This document shows, in pieces, positions 61,801 through 64,000 of a DNA stretch of 64,000 nt (position 1 is the stretch's first letter; the number at the start of each line of letters is the position of its first letter). The notes beneath the pieces are model-generated. The model did no database searches, had not been told where the DNA came from, and was given only the letters and a program-made list of their open reading frames with translations. The position numbers and the translations under genes were made by a program. The stretch is from Okamejei kenojei (Eukaryota): positions 28,148,001 through 28,212,000 of the forward strand of contig CM069140.1 in assembly GCA_035221665.1 (NCBI GenBank). The letters are read 5' to 3'.

Positions 61801-63442
61801 CAGTGCCCTCCATAATGTTTGGGACAAAGACCCATCATTTATTTATTTGCCTCTGTACTCCACAATTTGAGATTTGTAATAGAAAAAAAAATCACATGTG
61901 GTTAAAGTGCACATTGTCAGATTTTACTAAAGCCCATTATACATTTTGGTTTCACCATGTGTTTATACATAGTCCTTCTCCCCACTTCAGGGCGCCATAA
62001 TGTTTGGGACACAGCAAAGTAATGTAAATGAAAGTAGTCATGTTTAGTATTTTGTTGCATACCCTTTGCATGCAATGACTGCTTGAAGTCTACGATTCAT
62101 GGACATCACCAGTTGCTGGGTGTCTTCTCTGGTGATGCTCTGCCAGGCCTGTATTGCAGCCATCCTTAGCTTATGCTTGTTTTGAGGGCTAGTCCCCTTC
62201 AGTTGTCTCTTCAGCATATAAAAGTCATGCACAATTGGGTTCAGATCGAGTGATTGACTTGATCACTCTAGAATTGACCATTTTTAGCTTTGAAAAACTC
62301 CTTTGTTGCTTTAGCAGTATGTTTGGAATCATTGTCTTGCTGTAAAATTAACTGCCGGCCAATGAGTTTTGAAGCATTTGTTTGAACTTGAACAGATAGG
62401 ATGTGTCTATACACTTCAGAATTCATTATGCTACTACCATCAGCAGTTGTATCATCAATGAAGATAAGTGAGCCAGTACCTTCAGCAGCCATACATGCCC
62501 AGACCATAACACCCCACCACTGTGTTTCACAGATGAGGTAGTATGCATTGGATCTTGGGCAGTTCCTTCTCTCCTCCATACTTTGCTCTTGCCATCACTC
62601 TGATATAAGTTAATCTTCGTCTCATCCGTCCACAAGACCTTTTTCCAGAACTGTGGTTGCTCTTTTAAGTACTTCTTGGCAAATTGTAACCTGGCCATCC
62701 TATTTTTGCGACTAACCAGTGGTTTGCATCTTGCAGTGCAGCCTCTGTATTTCTGTTCATGTAGGCTTCTGTGGACAGTGGTCATTGATAAATCCACACC
62801 TGACTCCTGAAGAGTGTTTCTGATCTGTCGGACAGGTGCTTGGGGATTTTTCTTTATTATAGGGAGAATTCTTCTGTCATCAGCTGTGGAGGTCTTCCTT
62901 GGCCTGCCAGTCCCTTTGTGATTAGTAAGCTGACCAGTTCTCTCTTTCTTCTTAATGATGCCCGAACAGTTGATTATGGTAAGCCTAAGGTTTGGCTAAT
63001 ATCTCTAATATTTGGCTAACAGTTTTATTCTTGTTTCTCAGTCTCATAATGGCTTCTTTGACTTTCATTGGCACAACTTTGGTCCTCATGTTGATAAATA
63101 GCAATAAAAGTTTCCAAAGGTGATAGAAATACTGGAGGAAAGACTAGGTGCTGAGAGCTCTCTTATACCTGCATTAAGGAGGCAACTAAACACACCTGAG
63201 CAACTACAAGCCATGTGTCCCAAACATTATGGTGCCCTGAAATGGGGGGGGGGGGGTGGACTATGTATAAACACAGCTGTAATTCCTACATGGTGAAACC
63301 AAAATGTATAAAGAAGGCCTTTAATAAAATCTGACAATGTGCACTTTAACCAGATTTTTTCTATAACAAATCTCAAATTGTGTAGTACAGAGGCAAATAA
63401 ATAAATGATGGGTCTTTGTCCCAAACATTATGGAGGGCACTG
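61801..63442 (-). mobile_element. Full-length Tc1-like transposon (IR/DR)
   Basis: TA TSD, CAGTG termini, long TIRs with outer and inner CATAATGTTTGGGACA direct repeats. Confidence 0.96.
62044..63089 (-). pseudogene. Tc1 DD34E transposase, frameshifted
   Basis: MRTKVVPMKVKE, WTDETKI, VMVWACM, QQDNDSKH, SLDLNPIV (E lost), KGYATKY*. Confidence 0.92.
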
Positions 63443-63875
63443 TAACTCTCGAGGCTGAGAGGAGACCTAATAGTAGTTTCTAATATTTTGGGACAAATAG
63501 ATAGGGTAGACGGTCAGAATCCGTTTTCCTCCCAGGCGAAATAGTGAAATACACGAGGGCATAGTTCTGAGGTGAGAGAAAGAAAATTTGAAAGAGATGC
63601 ACATGGTAAATTTCTCTCACAGAGAGAATGGTGTCTGGAACGCATTGTTAGGGGTGGTAGTGGAAGTAGATATGGTAAAGGTGTTAGTGGCTTTTAGATA
63701 GGCACATGAATATGTTGGAAATGGAAGGATATAGAGCATGCGCAGGCAGAAGAGTTTAATTTGGCGTCATACTCAGTGCAGTCATTGTGGACCACAGAGC
63801 CTGTTTCCATATTGAACGGTTCTATGATATGATATGAATAAGTTTGTGATATGAATAAGTTTATTGGCCAAGCAT

Positions 63876-63955
63876 CGACACGAAACGTCACCCATTCCTT
63901 CTCTTCAGAGATGCTGCCTGTCCCGCTGAGTTACTCCAGCATTTTCTGACTATCT
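63876..63955 (+). mobile_element. Penelope-derived repeat fragment
   Basis: CGAAACGTCACCCATTCCTTCTC...GCTGAGTTACTCCAGC. Confidence 0.78.
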
Positions 63956-64000
63956 AGGGTAGTCGACATAGTCTACATGGATTTCCATAAAGCCTTTCAT

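Larger units (their letters stand above)
61385..63830 (+). mobile_element. Old CR1 3' region (61385-61608, 63449-63830) split by a Rex1 tail and Tc1
   Basis: LFSLEHWR before the insertion and RLRGDLI after it. Confidence 0.65.

Noticed and set aside
63830-63862. 16-bp tandem duplication TGATATGAATAAGTTT
   Set aside because: Ordinary slippage at a LINE tail.

Overview
Eukaryotic (vertebrate) non-coding DNA, most likely a cartilaginous fish such as a skate or ray. This is inferred from HE1-like V-SINEs and their partner CR1/HER1-type LINE tails. I found no intact host gene, rRNA, tRNA or CRISPR array; the window looks like a gene desert or large intron, with transposable elements occupying much of it. 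It holds many CR1 and Rex1/Babar LINE pieces, a near-complete DIRS tyrosine-recombinase retrotransposon (13047-18023, minus), an internally deleted CsRn1-type Gypsy element (32911-34969), two Tc1 IR/DR transposons, and Harbinger-, hAT- and P/hAT-like non-autonomous elements. It also holds a Charlie/Buster transposase relic and over 20 Penelope-derived fragments carrying a minimal hammerhead ribozyme motif. There is a 271-N gap at 51115-51385. Most notable: (1) a complete TDP2-like first coding exon captured inside a hAT-like element; (2) Penelope hammerhead micro-insertions with a fixed 5' edge, microhomology-defined 3' ends and 13-16 bp TSDs; (3) splice signals in the DIRS element that would place the recombinase in frame with the pol start; (4) a hAT-like element with a 5-bp TSD enclosing 8.6 kb of nested insertions; (5) a PBX-HOX/SOX/MEIS motif cluster. 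All family assignments come from motif recognition, not database searches, and the edges of old elements are approximate.
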